Source of the DNA: Octopus sinensis
Lineage: Eukaryota
Length of the DNA: 64,000 nucleotides
Assembly (NCBI RefSeq): GCF_006345805.1
Contig: NC_042997.1
Span: forward strand, 38,440,001-38,504,000
Direction of reading: 5' to 3'
Part shown: piece after piece, positions 53,145 to 64,000 of the stretch
Layout of the letters: every line of letters starts with the position of its first letter
Position numbering within the stretch: position 1 is the stretch's first letter
Translations under genes and position numbers: made by a program
The notes under the pieces: model-generated
What the model was told of the DNA's origin: nothing
What the model saw: the letters and a program-made list of their open reading frames with translations, nothing else
The model's database searches: none

Positions 53145-53870
53145 CCTTCGTAGCAAAGTATAGATAAAAATGCACCGGAATCTTTAGTTATCTGTCAAGT
53201 TACAAGGATTTCAGACAGATTATACCTTCCTTAAGATGTGCGCTGTGCCCAATAAGTTTCCTATTGCAAGATATCGGTCTTGCATGGGATTTCGAGTTGC
53301 CTTAAGAAGTCTTGAAGTTTCATTGGTATTGTACCCAATGCTCCGATCACCACTGGTATCACTTTTACATTACCCTCTCGCATTCCATACACTCTTGCAA
53401 TTTCCACTTTCAATTCAGAGAACTTGGTGATTTTTTCAACCTCTTTTTTCACAACATTCGTGTCATTTGGTATGGCTACATCAATGATCTGACATTATTT
53501 GTCTCTCTCTTATTCAATATAACAATATCCGGCCGACGGTGTTCGATCAAACGATCCGTCTGAAAGTCATTGTCGCAGAGTATCGTTACTTTTCCATCCT
53601 CCTCCATAACTTTACTTGGTACATGCTCATACTAGTTCTCTGTTACTTTATATTGGTGTTTACGGCATAAGAGCCAATAAAGATACACATACTTTATCGT
53701 GACAGTGCTTGTCTTCCTTTTGTCTAAGGTCACATTTTCCACACTCTTTCCACAGAGTCTGCGTTTCTGGGTGTCAGAAGTTTTATAGATGTCATACTTC
53801 ACTGAGCCGGAAGCAATGATCAGGCTTTCGATGGTATGCTTCAAATCCCTTCTCCCTTTGTTAATTAAAG
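53145..53870 (-). mobile_element. R4/Dong-type LINE 3' end
   Basis: CGKSVENV, EKITKFSELKVEIARVYG...VKVIPVVIGALG; followed by a (TAA)n array at 52980-53140. Confidence 0.88.
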
Positions 53871-56800
53871 TTTCAACATATTAAACGAGAATATCAGCGA
53901 AATAAGGAAGACTGACAAGAAAATCCGTAATTTGTTAACTTGCTATAAGATGCATCACCCAAGGGCAGACTCAGATCGTCTTTACCATCTCAGAGCCCCA
54001 GGAGTTCGAGTCTTGGTCCAATTTGAAGCCTCCTACAACACCACCATATTTGGACTGGCCAAATATCTTGAAACATCTAACGACTGGATGCCAAAACTCG
54101 TTGAAAACCACGAGAGACGTAAGAAACTTTATTCTGTCATGAAGGAGAGCAAAATATTGTCTAGTGAGTTCAATCATTCTGAAGAGCATGATTGAAATGT
54201 GGCAACTATTGTTGCAAAGAAGATTAGATCAATGGCAAAGCAAAAAGCGTTTGAACAATTGGCTAATAAGTGGGAACAAAATGCTCTACACGGCAAATAT
54301 GCGGCCCGTAGCAAACAGACTAATGTAGACCAGAAGCACACCCATCAGTGGTTACGGAGCTCAAGGACCAAAGGTAGATTGCGGAGGTCTTAACTTGGTT
54401 GCTCAAGATCAGAGCTTATTGACCCGGAACTACCAAGCCAATGCAATAAAAAATGGAGTAGACCCAAGTGCCGATACTGCAACGATGAGATTGAAATAGT
54501 GGACCACCTAATCCTCGGATGTAAGCTTTTATCATCAGTAGAGTATAAATCAAGATATGACAGAGTTAACTAATATCTACACTGGATAAATCAAAACTGT
54601 TGACAAATGGTACAAGCAACATCCTGGGTCTGTAGCTGAGAGAGAATATGTAACGATTCTTTGAGATTTTTTAGTACATACAGACTGGACCATCAAATCT
54701 AATAAATCAGATATTGTAAAAGGCCAAAACAATAAAATCTATTTATTGATTGACATGAGCATGCCCTGTGATCATAATATCTCGACAAAAGAATTTGATA
54801 AGCAAGCTCAGAATATATAATTGAAAGCATCTAAGAAGAGAATAATAATGAAGAAGTACGAATGAAATTCAGAACACCAATTTGGTGAAGTAGAGGAGAA
54901 GATAAAGCAAAAAGTGCAAATGAAAACTGCGTGTATATGCCGCTTCTAAAGACAATCCTGATTCTTCCAAAATAACAGCGTGTTTAGAAATACTCCAAAG
55001 GTGTTCTATAGGTATATTAGAAAGAGCACCATCAAGATATGAGAAATCTCCACAGTGCATGAAATATTGGAGTTCTGGAGGAACATTTGGTCGAATAAAA
55101 TGAAGTACAACTGTCATGCCCCATGGATTAATAGACACAAGGAAACTGAGCTTATAGAATAGCAAATATGGGAAGAGATAAGTGTGTAAGGTCTCAAACT
55201 CACATTAAAAAATTTGAGCAAGTGGAAGTCACCTGGTACGGATAAGATTCCAAACTACTGGCTCAATGTTTACAAACTCACACAAGAAACTAACTTGTTG
55301 CTACAACGAAATTATGAAGGAACTGCAGATGACCCAAAAATGGCTGGCCAAATTATGACTTATTTCCTTCCCGAAATGATGAAACAAAACACCTGTAAGA
55401 ATTGCAGCGCCGTGACGTGTCTTACAGCAATGTACAAATCCCTTACATCTCTCGTAATGGAAAGCGCATATGCTTTTCTCATTAACAGCATCTTCTCTAA
55501 TGAACAGAAAGGATGTAAACGCAGGTGTTATGGGTGCAAGTGGCAACTTTTAATTGACAGAATGATCTTTAAAGATTATCACAAGAGAAGAAAATACCTT
55601 CCAGTGTCCTTGATAGACTACAAGAAGGCCTCTGACCGGCTTCCTCACAGTTGGATAAAGGAATACTCCGAGGTGTTCAAAATTTCACCAGTAATCATGA
55701 TTTCTGTATGTTATTCCATGAAGCCCTGGAAAACGACATTAATTCTCAACACTGACACTTCAAATATGTACGCTGGGTAACTCAATATTAATAGTGGTAT
55801 CTTTCAAGGTGATTGATTATCTCCTTTGTTATTCAGCCTAATACAGCTTTCTCTTAGTAAATTCTTGAATGAAACAAATATGGATGCGGGATGTATGGAA
55901 AAACAGTTAATCATCTTGATAAGGATGACTTGAAACTGTTCGCATAAATTATCAACAACTGCAAGCATTCCTACACAGTCAAACAATTTAGTAATGACAT
56001 CGAAATAGATTTCGGGGTTGACAAATTCGCCAAGGCTACATTTCTTAAGGGAAACAACTATCAAACACGTAACAACACCCTAGATAGAGGCATCGAGATA
56101 GAAGTATTAGAACCTCAGGGCAGTTATAAGTATTTAAGTTATAAGTATTTAAGTTATAAGTATATGAAGGAGATGGGATTAAGCACTCACGAATTAGAGA
56201 AAGGATAAGGAAAGAGTGCTACCAAAGAGTAGCACTTCATTATCAATCACATACAGCTTCAATATTTTAAACTGGTCCCTCACTGAGATCTACAAAGTTG
56301 ATGTCAAAATATGAGGGCTGATGACAATTTGTCGTTTGCATCATCCAAAAGCGGACACAGACTGAGTACACCTTCTGAGAAGAGAAGGCGGTCTAGATTA
56401 ATACAATCTGAACTCCCACCGAAGATCGCAACCATGGGACTTTCTGCCTGCTTCATCATTGTTTCAATGCGTCTAACAAGCATACTGAGAAAATCCAGGC
56501 CTGCATATGGGCTTAACAAAACTAAGGTAAATATAAATCACTCGCTATTTATAGATGATCTCAGTTTGTTCATGAAAATGAATCAGACCTGGATTATTTG
56601 ATTCATTTAGTAAGCATGATAAACATATTGGTATGTAGGCTGAGTAAATACGTGTGCAGATTTAATTATGAAACGAGGCTGATAGTATATCATTACCAGA
56701 AAGTAATATTAAATTACCGAGAGATAATGAAATACACAAGTATATAGGGGTGCCACGCGGATAAGGTAACGGAAAGAAAACGGTAAAGTCTCCAAAGAGG

Positions 56801-57370
56801 AAAAGAGAATGAGTGGAAGGGGGCTCGAAACGAAACTAAATTAAGGGAGATAATGTTATCAAAGTAATCAATATATGGGTATTGCCAGTATTGAAATGTA
56901 CAGTTTCATTTTTAAAGTATACAAAGAGCTTCCGGAATTGGAAACTATTAGCAATCTGTTCATAATTCACAACGTGCACAACCCAATAAACAATATCGAC
57001 AGGTTCTTCCTAACAAGAAGAGACAGGGATTTGTTGAACTCAGAAGACATCTTCTGCACTCCGAAGCTAGGTTGGGAAAGCTATATTGTGCGTAGTGAAG
57101 AATAGTGAAGAATAGTGAAGAATACTATGTGCAAAATATTCAAAATGTAGAAGTTAAAAACAAGAATATACGACAGGATAATCAGCTTGGAACGCAAATC
57201 TGTCTAATCCAAGAAATTAAATAAGTATGATGGAAGTAAAGAACGATCGCTGTAGCTGAGAGAGGAAAACTTGAAACGAGAAGCTGAATCACCGGTTATA
57301 ACCGGTAAAGAACAAGGAGGAACTTGAGACAAAGATTGATAAAACTCAGTTACAATGTAAACGCAGAATG
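53870..57370 (+). mobile_element. Decayed, rearranged R4/Dong-type LINE fragments
   Basis: MHHPRADSDRLY and RLE remnants precede RT remnants (KSPGTDKIPNYW, EQKGCKR, DYKKA.D, FIDDL). Confidence 0.85.
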
Positions 57371-57374
57371 TGTA

Positions 57375-58340
57375 GAAAATAAATAAGAGATACGAAACTG
57401 AAAGTATATTTTGGGTACTAGATTTGCAAACTTCTTATCTACAGTTGTAGGCGTTTTCTTTTTTTTTCTTCTCTATTTTTTAAACCTCATTGATGTGCAG
57501 AGAGCAGTAGATTTCCACATCACAGTATATTTATTGCTGGTGGTCTTACACAACAATATCTGTACAATTGTGCTTCTCGGCCTTTTGGCTAAGATCAAAG
57601 TGTAGTATGTGCTTTGACTTGGTAGCTGTTAACTTCCACCAATTTTTCTTCTGATCCACCGGTCTCGATAAAGTTAACTTTGTTGGTGCTTTATGATTTG
57701 TTATCCTATTCCAGACTCTTCTATCCTTTTCATCATGCCTCGTGAGAAGTTGATATCTAGAATACATTTTCTCGGAGTTGGTAATAATTTGGTTGATGTA
57801 TTCAGCCTTTGTTCGTACAGCCTACATTTGTCGTCTGTCCATGTTTTTTGCCTTTTATGCTGCAAGCTCTTGATAGGAATCTCTTGTTCTTCAGTTACAT
57901 GGAGATATCTATCAAGGTTGGATCCCATAAACTTGTCGGTTCTCGATGCTAAGCTGAAGATATGTATTATTCCCCCTATGTCTTACGTCTGTCTTGCCAT
58001 GTACTCATGCACCACCTTCTCAGTGAATTTGTCTATTTTTTTAAATTTTGTTCTTTTGATAAATATAATTTACCAATTCTCTTTGGGGCGTTATCTGCAT
58101 CAGCTCTTATTTCATGCCTCTCCTGTTGTTGAACTCCTGCTCGCAAACTTGGGCAAGATGGTTACCAGATTCTTTTCTCTGCTGCAGATGTTGCTTCATT
58201 GTCATAATACGTACTTCATATGACATGAATACAATGTATGTCAGTCATTGTCCAGTTTTATTTCAAGATTTATTACCAATAGAGAAAGAGCCTGTTTCTA
58301 ACCTAGACCCAAGGCTCCTTCATTGGAATTGCAGCATCAA
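57375..58340 (-). mobile_element. RLE-type LINE (family 2) C-terminal fragment
   Basis: DKCRLY...RHD, then KSKHNCTDIVV (after removing the U2 insert) and YPKYTF. Confidence 0.8.
57572..57608 (+). pseudogene. U2: U2 snRNA 5' fragment (nt ~4-40) retro-insertion
   Basis: GCTTCTCGGCCTTTTGGCTAAGATCAAAGTGTAGTAT matches the U2 5' end; direct repeat TGTGCTT at 57569-57575 and 57608-57614. Confidence 0.9.
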
Positions 58341-58564
58341 CAACAAGGTATTTTTGTTTGTATGTATGTATGTATGTATGTATGTATGTATGTATGTATG
58401 TATGTATGTATGTATGTATGTATGTATGTGTGTGTATGTATGTATGTATGTATGTATGTATGTATGTATGTATGCATGTATGTATGTATGTATGTATGTA
58501 TGTATATATGTATGTATGTATGTGTGTATGTATGTATGTATGTATGTATGTATGTATGTGTGCA

Positions 58565-58997
58565 GATTTGTATGTTTTGCTTTATGTATGTATTTTCATG
58601 TATATAGGTGCATATTTAGAGATGCTCATATATATATAAATGATGCATTTCTGGAATGTTTTACAGATTTTTACATTCCAGTGATGGATTGGATCTGTAG
58701 TCTTCGAATTAGCTTTCTCCTTTCTGGTTTTAAGAAGCCTAATTTCTCAAGATTGGTATTTGGGCAGTGTGTTACATATCTCAGGGACCCAATAATTACA
58801 GGTATAAACCTGAACTTGTAATCTGGATAGAATAACTGCCGATTTCTCAATAGATCAGCGTAGGTATTCTCTTTTTCACTGAACTGCTGCTTCATATTAG
58901 CATCCTCTGAGCAGTTAATTTCCACGACTTTACACAGTTTCTCTTCTCCATCCCAAATCATTATATCAGGTCTGTTGTGGCTGCATTTTATTGAGGT
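58565..58997 (-). mobile_element. 5'-truncated RLE LINE (family 2) 3' end inside (TACA)n
   Basis: HNRPDIMIWDGEEKLCKVVEINC...EKENTY...FIPVIIGSL; (ATGT)n arrays at ~58350-58560 and 58998-59190. Confidence 0.88.
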
Positions 58998-59064
58998 CTA
59001 TGTATGTATGTATGTATGTAAGTATGTATATGTGTGTATGTATGTATGTATGTATGTAAATATG

Positions 59065-59130
<66 letters not shown>

Positions 59131-59156
59131 TGTATATATGTATGTATGTAAATATG

Positions 59157-59189
<33 letters not shown>

Positions 59190-59794
59190 GTGCATGTATG
59201 TCACTTCTATTTTTTAATTATTATAAATCTTCCACTGATGAGGGAGGCGGTTTCCAACAAAGATACAAGACTCCATCTTTGGGATGTAGTTAACAAAAAC
59301 AAATTCACATTTGGAACTTGAGAAAAGTCTTGCATATTTTTTGATCCACTCATAGATTGCACTTGTAATGTACGAATTAGCTGGCCGATTCCTCTTTCTG
59401 AAAATCACAGTTTATCGAGTATGTATGTATGTATGTATGTATGCATTTTATGTATGTGCATGCATCTGTGTATGTATGGTTTCTAACATGTTTTTGGTCT
59501 TCGCTATGTAGTATAATTCCTTCTGAAAATCTATCTACATTAGTAAAAGGTCTCAACTTTCGTAGCAATATGGGTGTATCATTTCCTCTTAGTTTACCGC
59601 TGTTGTTCCTGCTTTTAGTACTGAGGGAGTCGACTACGACAGTAGAAGTTGAGGCGGTGATGTCTTTCGACGCAGTGAGAGCTGATCTATCCATCATGTG
59701 GGGTTATGTTGTTATTAACTACTTGAGGTATTTATTCCAGTCTTCTGCCATTCCAACCATTTCAAGTTATACACACACCACACACACACACACA

Positions 59795-59799
<5 letters not shown>

Positions 59800-59840
<41 letters not shown>

Positions 59841-59855
59841 GAATATATGTATATA

Positions 59856-59894
<39 letters not shown>

Positions 59895-60134
59895 TATATA
59901 TATCTGTTATATAATGTATATATATATATGTATATATATATGTATATATATATGTATATATATATATATATGTTATATTATATATGTATATATATATATA
60001 TATAGATTAGGTATATATATATGTATAATGTATATATATATATTGTCTATATTATATGTATATATATAAAATATTATATATATATGTATATATATATGTA
60101 TATATGTATATATATATATATGTATATATATATG

Positions 60135-60165
<31 letters not shown>

Positions 60166-60474
60166 GTATTATATATGTTATATGTATATATGTATATATA
60201 TATATATATGTTATATATAAATATATGTATATATGTATATATATATATATGTATATATGTTATATATATATATGTAATATGTATATATATATGTAGATAT
60301 GTTATATATATATATGATATATATATATATATATAAATTTTTATATATATATATGTATATATGTATATATATATATATATGTAGTATATATGTATATATG
60401 TATGTATATATATATATATGTATATATGTATATATATATATATATATATGTATAGTATCAAAGTATATAAAATT

Positions 60475-60509
<35 letters not shown>

Positions 60510-60529
60510 GTATATATTATATATAAATT

Positions 60530-60565
<36 letters not shown>

Positions 60566-60578
60566 TATATAAATTTAT

Positions 60579-60609
<31 letters not shown>

Positions 60610-60621
60610 CTATATAATTTA

Positions 60622-60652
<31 letters not shown>

Positions 60653-60969
60653 ATATATAATATATATATATATAAATTTATATATATATATGTATATATA
60701 TATATATAAATTTATATATATATATATATATAAATTTATATATATAGATATATATATAAATTTATATATATATATATATATATAAATTTATATATATATA
60801 TGTATATTATATATATATAAATTTATATATATATATATATAAATTTATATATATATATATATAATATATATAAATTTATATACTATATATATATAAAATT
60901 ATATATAATTTTATTATATATATATAAAATTATATATAAATTTATATATATATATATAAATTTATATAT
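59800..60969. repeat. Degenerate (TA)n array
   Basis: A/T array with scattered G on the + strand. Confidence 0.97.
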
Positions 60970-62110
60970 ACTTTGATACTTTGATAGGTTTCGGCCATTA
61001 TTGGCCCAGGCCATGTCTAACTTAATAGCACCACCTGGTGAAGTCTTTCAAGTCAGAATTTGGGCACTATGGCCCACTCAAGTAGAGAGTTATTGTTACA
61101 GAGACATATCCGGGTGTGAGGGGGTTTATCCGGGATTTCTTGAAGGAATCTGTCCAAAGACTTCTTGAACCCTATAGGGTCAGTTTCTGTTTTAATGTGT
61201 TTTGTGTAATGTTAAAGAGAGCGGGTCCAATTGAGGTGAATAATTGTGCCGTATTGTTGTTATGAGATGAGAGTGCGATTTTTGTTTTGGGCGAATGGCA
61301 CGGGGCCCAAGCCTTGGATGTACCTTAAAGGTGATGCCAACATCATTTGGGCAATGCTGATGGAATATTTTCCACATCATGCAGATGATGTAGCGCTCAC
61401 GACGACGTTGGAGAGAATAGAGTTTTAGCATTTCTAGTCGACCCCAATAGTCGAGGCCTGTCATGCCATCTATCTTTTTTGTGATTGCACCTTTGAGTGC
61501 TTCAACTTTTATGATACCTTGTATTGTGTGGGGAGACCACAGTGGACAACCGTATTCAAGGTGGGGTCGGGCAAAAGTGGAGAAGAGAAGATAATGGTGT
61601 GGATATCTCTCGACTGGAAAGTTCTGAGAATCCAGGAACATATTCTGCGGGCCATGTCAACTTTGGTGTTTATATGAGTGGCCCAGTTTATGTTGTTGTC
61701 CACAATTACTCCCAGGTCTCTGATGTTGTTGGACGCCGCGAGAGTTTCACTGAAGGAAGGGAGTATGGGAGTTTCAGGGCATCCTCTTTTCCAAAGTGGA
61801 ATTAGCTCAAATTTATCCTCGTTCAGCAGCATTTGTTTTTTTTTCTGCCCATTGGATAACAGCCAGTAGATCTGACTGAAGGCATGTCCGGTCACTCGCC
61901 TCATTTATGACCTTCTGTAGCTTGGAGTCATCTGCAAAGATTTTTATGTTGCTGTGCTTGATGATTCATTATGTCATTAATGATGAAAAGAAGTGGGCCC
62001 AGCACAGTGCCTTGCGGAACGCCACTACTGACTTTGTCTGGGCTTGATTTTACCACCTTAACTACACAATGTTGAGATCTGTCTGTCAGGAAACACTTGA
62101 TCCATTTCAG
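60970..62110 (-). mobile_element. CR1/L2-group LINE 3' part (RT C-terminus)
   Basis: VSGVPQGTVLGPLLFI, FADDSKL, PHLEYGCPLWSP, LKLYSLQRRRER; tail (ATCAAAGT)2. Confidence 0.88.
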
Positions 62111-62227
62111 TAAATTTATAATAATATATTATATATATATATACGTTTAAATATTTGTTGTGCAAGATTTTTTATTGGCTAAACTGGCAATATGACCATT
62201 CCGAAATATAAACATATATATATATAT

Positions 62228-62287
<60 letters not shown>

Positions 62288-62804
62288 TATATATATTTAT
62301 ATATAAATTTAATAATATTTATATATATATAAAATTATATATAAATATATATATATATATAATTTATATATATGTATATAAATTTATATATATGTATATA
62401 TATATTTATATATATGTATATATATATATTATATATGTATATATATATATATGATATATATATATGTATATATAAATTTATATATATGTATATATATATA
62501 TGTATATATATAATATCTGTATATATTATATGTTATATATATATGTATTAAATTATATATCTGTATATATTATATGTAATATATTATATGGTATATATAT
62601 ATATGTATATATAAATATATATATATGTATATATATATATGTTATATAAAATTTATATATATGATATATATTATATATATGTATATATAATTTATATATA
62701 TGTATAGATATATATATGTATATATATATTATAAATTTATATATATTATATATGTATATATTTATATATATATATCAATTATGTATATATTTATATATGT
62801 ATAT
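62111..62804. repeat. Degenerate (TA)n array
   Basis: Direct inspection. Confidence 0.97.
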
Positions 62805-63019
62805 AATTCGACCAAGCAGTATTCGGTATGTAAAGACCATTTACGGTGTATTGAAGTATTAATTTATAAAAATATGTACGAAGACAGGGAGAATACTAGA
62901 TCTCATTCGTATTTTTGGATTCGCTAGTACTGGGTGTCTGGCATGGTTTGTCCGATGTTACAGATATCGGACGGGTATGTTTGATTCTTAGTATTTTCAA
63001 ATCTAAATCAGAAGAAATC

Positions 63020-63079
63020 TCTGAGCTGATGAAGGAAAAGTGGCGTTTAACCCAAATCCAGAAACAGACTGTCCTCGGG
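63020..63079 (+). ncRNA. Type I hammerhead ribozyme, copy 1 (predicted cut after C63073)
   Basis: UCUGAG-CUGAUGA-A-GGA..UCC-A-GAA-ACAG-A-CUGU-C-CUCGGG. Confidence 0.7.
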
Positions 63080-63585
63080 TATCGTATATGGATGTGATCT
63101 TTCATTGTTTTTCCCTTATACCTATGTGAGTTATTTTCTGAGTATGCATTGTCTGGAGACTTTTATTTGCAGTTGAAGAATAGCCATATTTTTGGCTGCT
63201 ATTTCTGAAAAGTTCGGTGTGTGGTAAAGTGAATTTTTTTTACTTACCATATTTTTATAAATTAATACTTCAAATACACCGTAAATGGTCTTTACATACC
63301 GAATACTGCTTGGTCGAATTTATTAACAATTATTAATTCTACCACCCCCCCTTTTTTGATGACAATATAATGCTTTTCTCTCCAAGAATTTGACTACACA
63401 GTTTTTTTACCTCTGTAGAAATGTAATGCTCTATGACTCACGTGGGTGGACAGGGAGAATAATAGATCTCATTCGTATTTTTGGATTCGCTAGTACTGGG
63501 TGTCTGGCATGGTTTGTCCGATGTTACAGATATCGGACGGGTATGTTTGATTCTTAGTATTTTCAAATCTAAATCAGAAGAAATC

Positions 63586-63649
63586 TCTGAGCTGATGAAG
63601 GAAAAGTGGCGTGTAAAACCCACAAATCCAGAAACAGACTGTCCTCGGG
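63586..63649 (+). ncRNA. Type I hammerhead ribozyme, copy 2 (predicted cut after C63643)
   Basis: Same core; stem II extended GGA/UCC, AAA/AAA internal loop, GUGG/CCAC. Confidence 0.75.
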
Positions 63650-64000
63650 TATCGTATATGGATGTGATCTTTCATTGTTTTTCCCTTATACCTATGTGAG
63701 TTATTTTCTGAGTATGCATTGTCTGGAGACTTTTATTTGCAGTTGAAGAAATAGCCATATTTTTGGCTGCTATTTCTGAAAAGTTCGGTGTGTGGTAAAG
63801 TGAATTTTTTTTACTTTACCATATTTTTATAAATTAATACTTCAAATACACCGTAAATGGTCTTTACATACCGAATACTGCTTGGTCGAATTTATTAACA
63901 ATTTAATTCTACCCCCTTTTTTGATGACAATATAATGCTTTTCTCTCCAAGAATTTGAACTACAGTTTTTACCTCTGTAGAAATGTAATGCTCTATGACT

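Larger units (their letters stand above)
62883..64000 (+). mobile_element. Tandem ~566-bp hammerhead-containing repeat (retrozyme or Penelope pLTR-like)
   Basis: Unit starts GACAGGGAGAAT at 62883 and 63449; second unit runs to the window end; inverted partial copy at 62805-62876. Confidence 0.8.

Noticed and set aside
58114-58821. 235-aa + strand ORF
   Set aside because: Antisense to LINE fragments and read through a (TATG)n array.

Overview
AT-rich, repeat-dense animal genomic DNA, most likely octopus (inferred from the tRNA-derived SINE families, R4/Dong-type LINEs and TA/TACA microsatellites; not database-checked). It looks intronic or intergenic, and no complete host gene is visible. One probable coding exon (~28.6-28.9 kb) and a possible partner exon (32.7 kb) lie on the + strand. 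Most long ORFs in the track are microsatellite artefacts or transposon fragments. The window contains many SINEs (including TSD-flanked multimers), two Helitrons, hAT, Tc1, mariner and Tigger elements, RTE, CR1-like and Penelope fragments, and a ~13 kb pile of RLE-endonuclease LINEs at 46.4-59.8 kb. The best lead is a set of hammerhead-ribozyme (HHR) elements: (1) a ~566-bp tandem repeat at 62.9-64 kb with a type I HHR in each unit, predicting a 570-nt self-excised and possibly circular RNA (retrozyme or Penelope pLTR-like); (2) a tRNA-headed SINE carrying a minimal HHR at 9.2-9.6 kb; (3) ~200-bp minimal-HHR monomers inserted in (TA)n. Also notable is a TSD-flanked 37-nt U2 snRNA 5' retro-fragment inside a LINE endonuclease motif. 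All alignments and folds were done by eye, and repeat boundaries are approximate unless a TSD or TIR is quoted.
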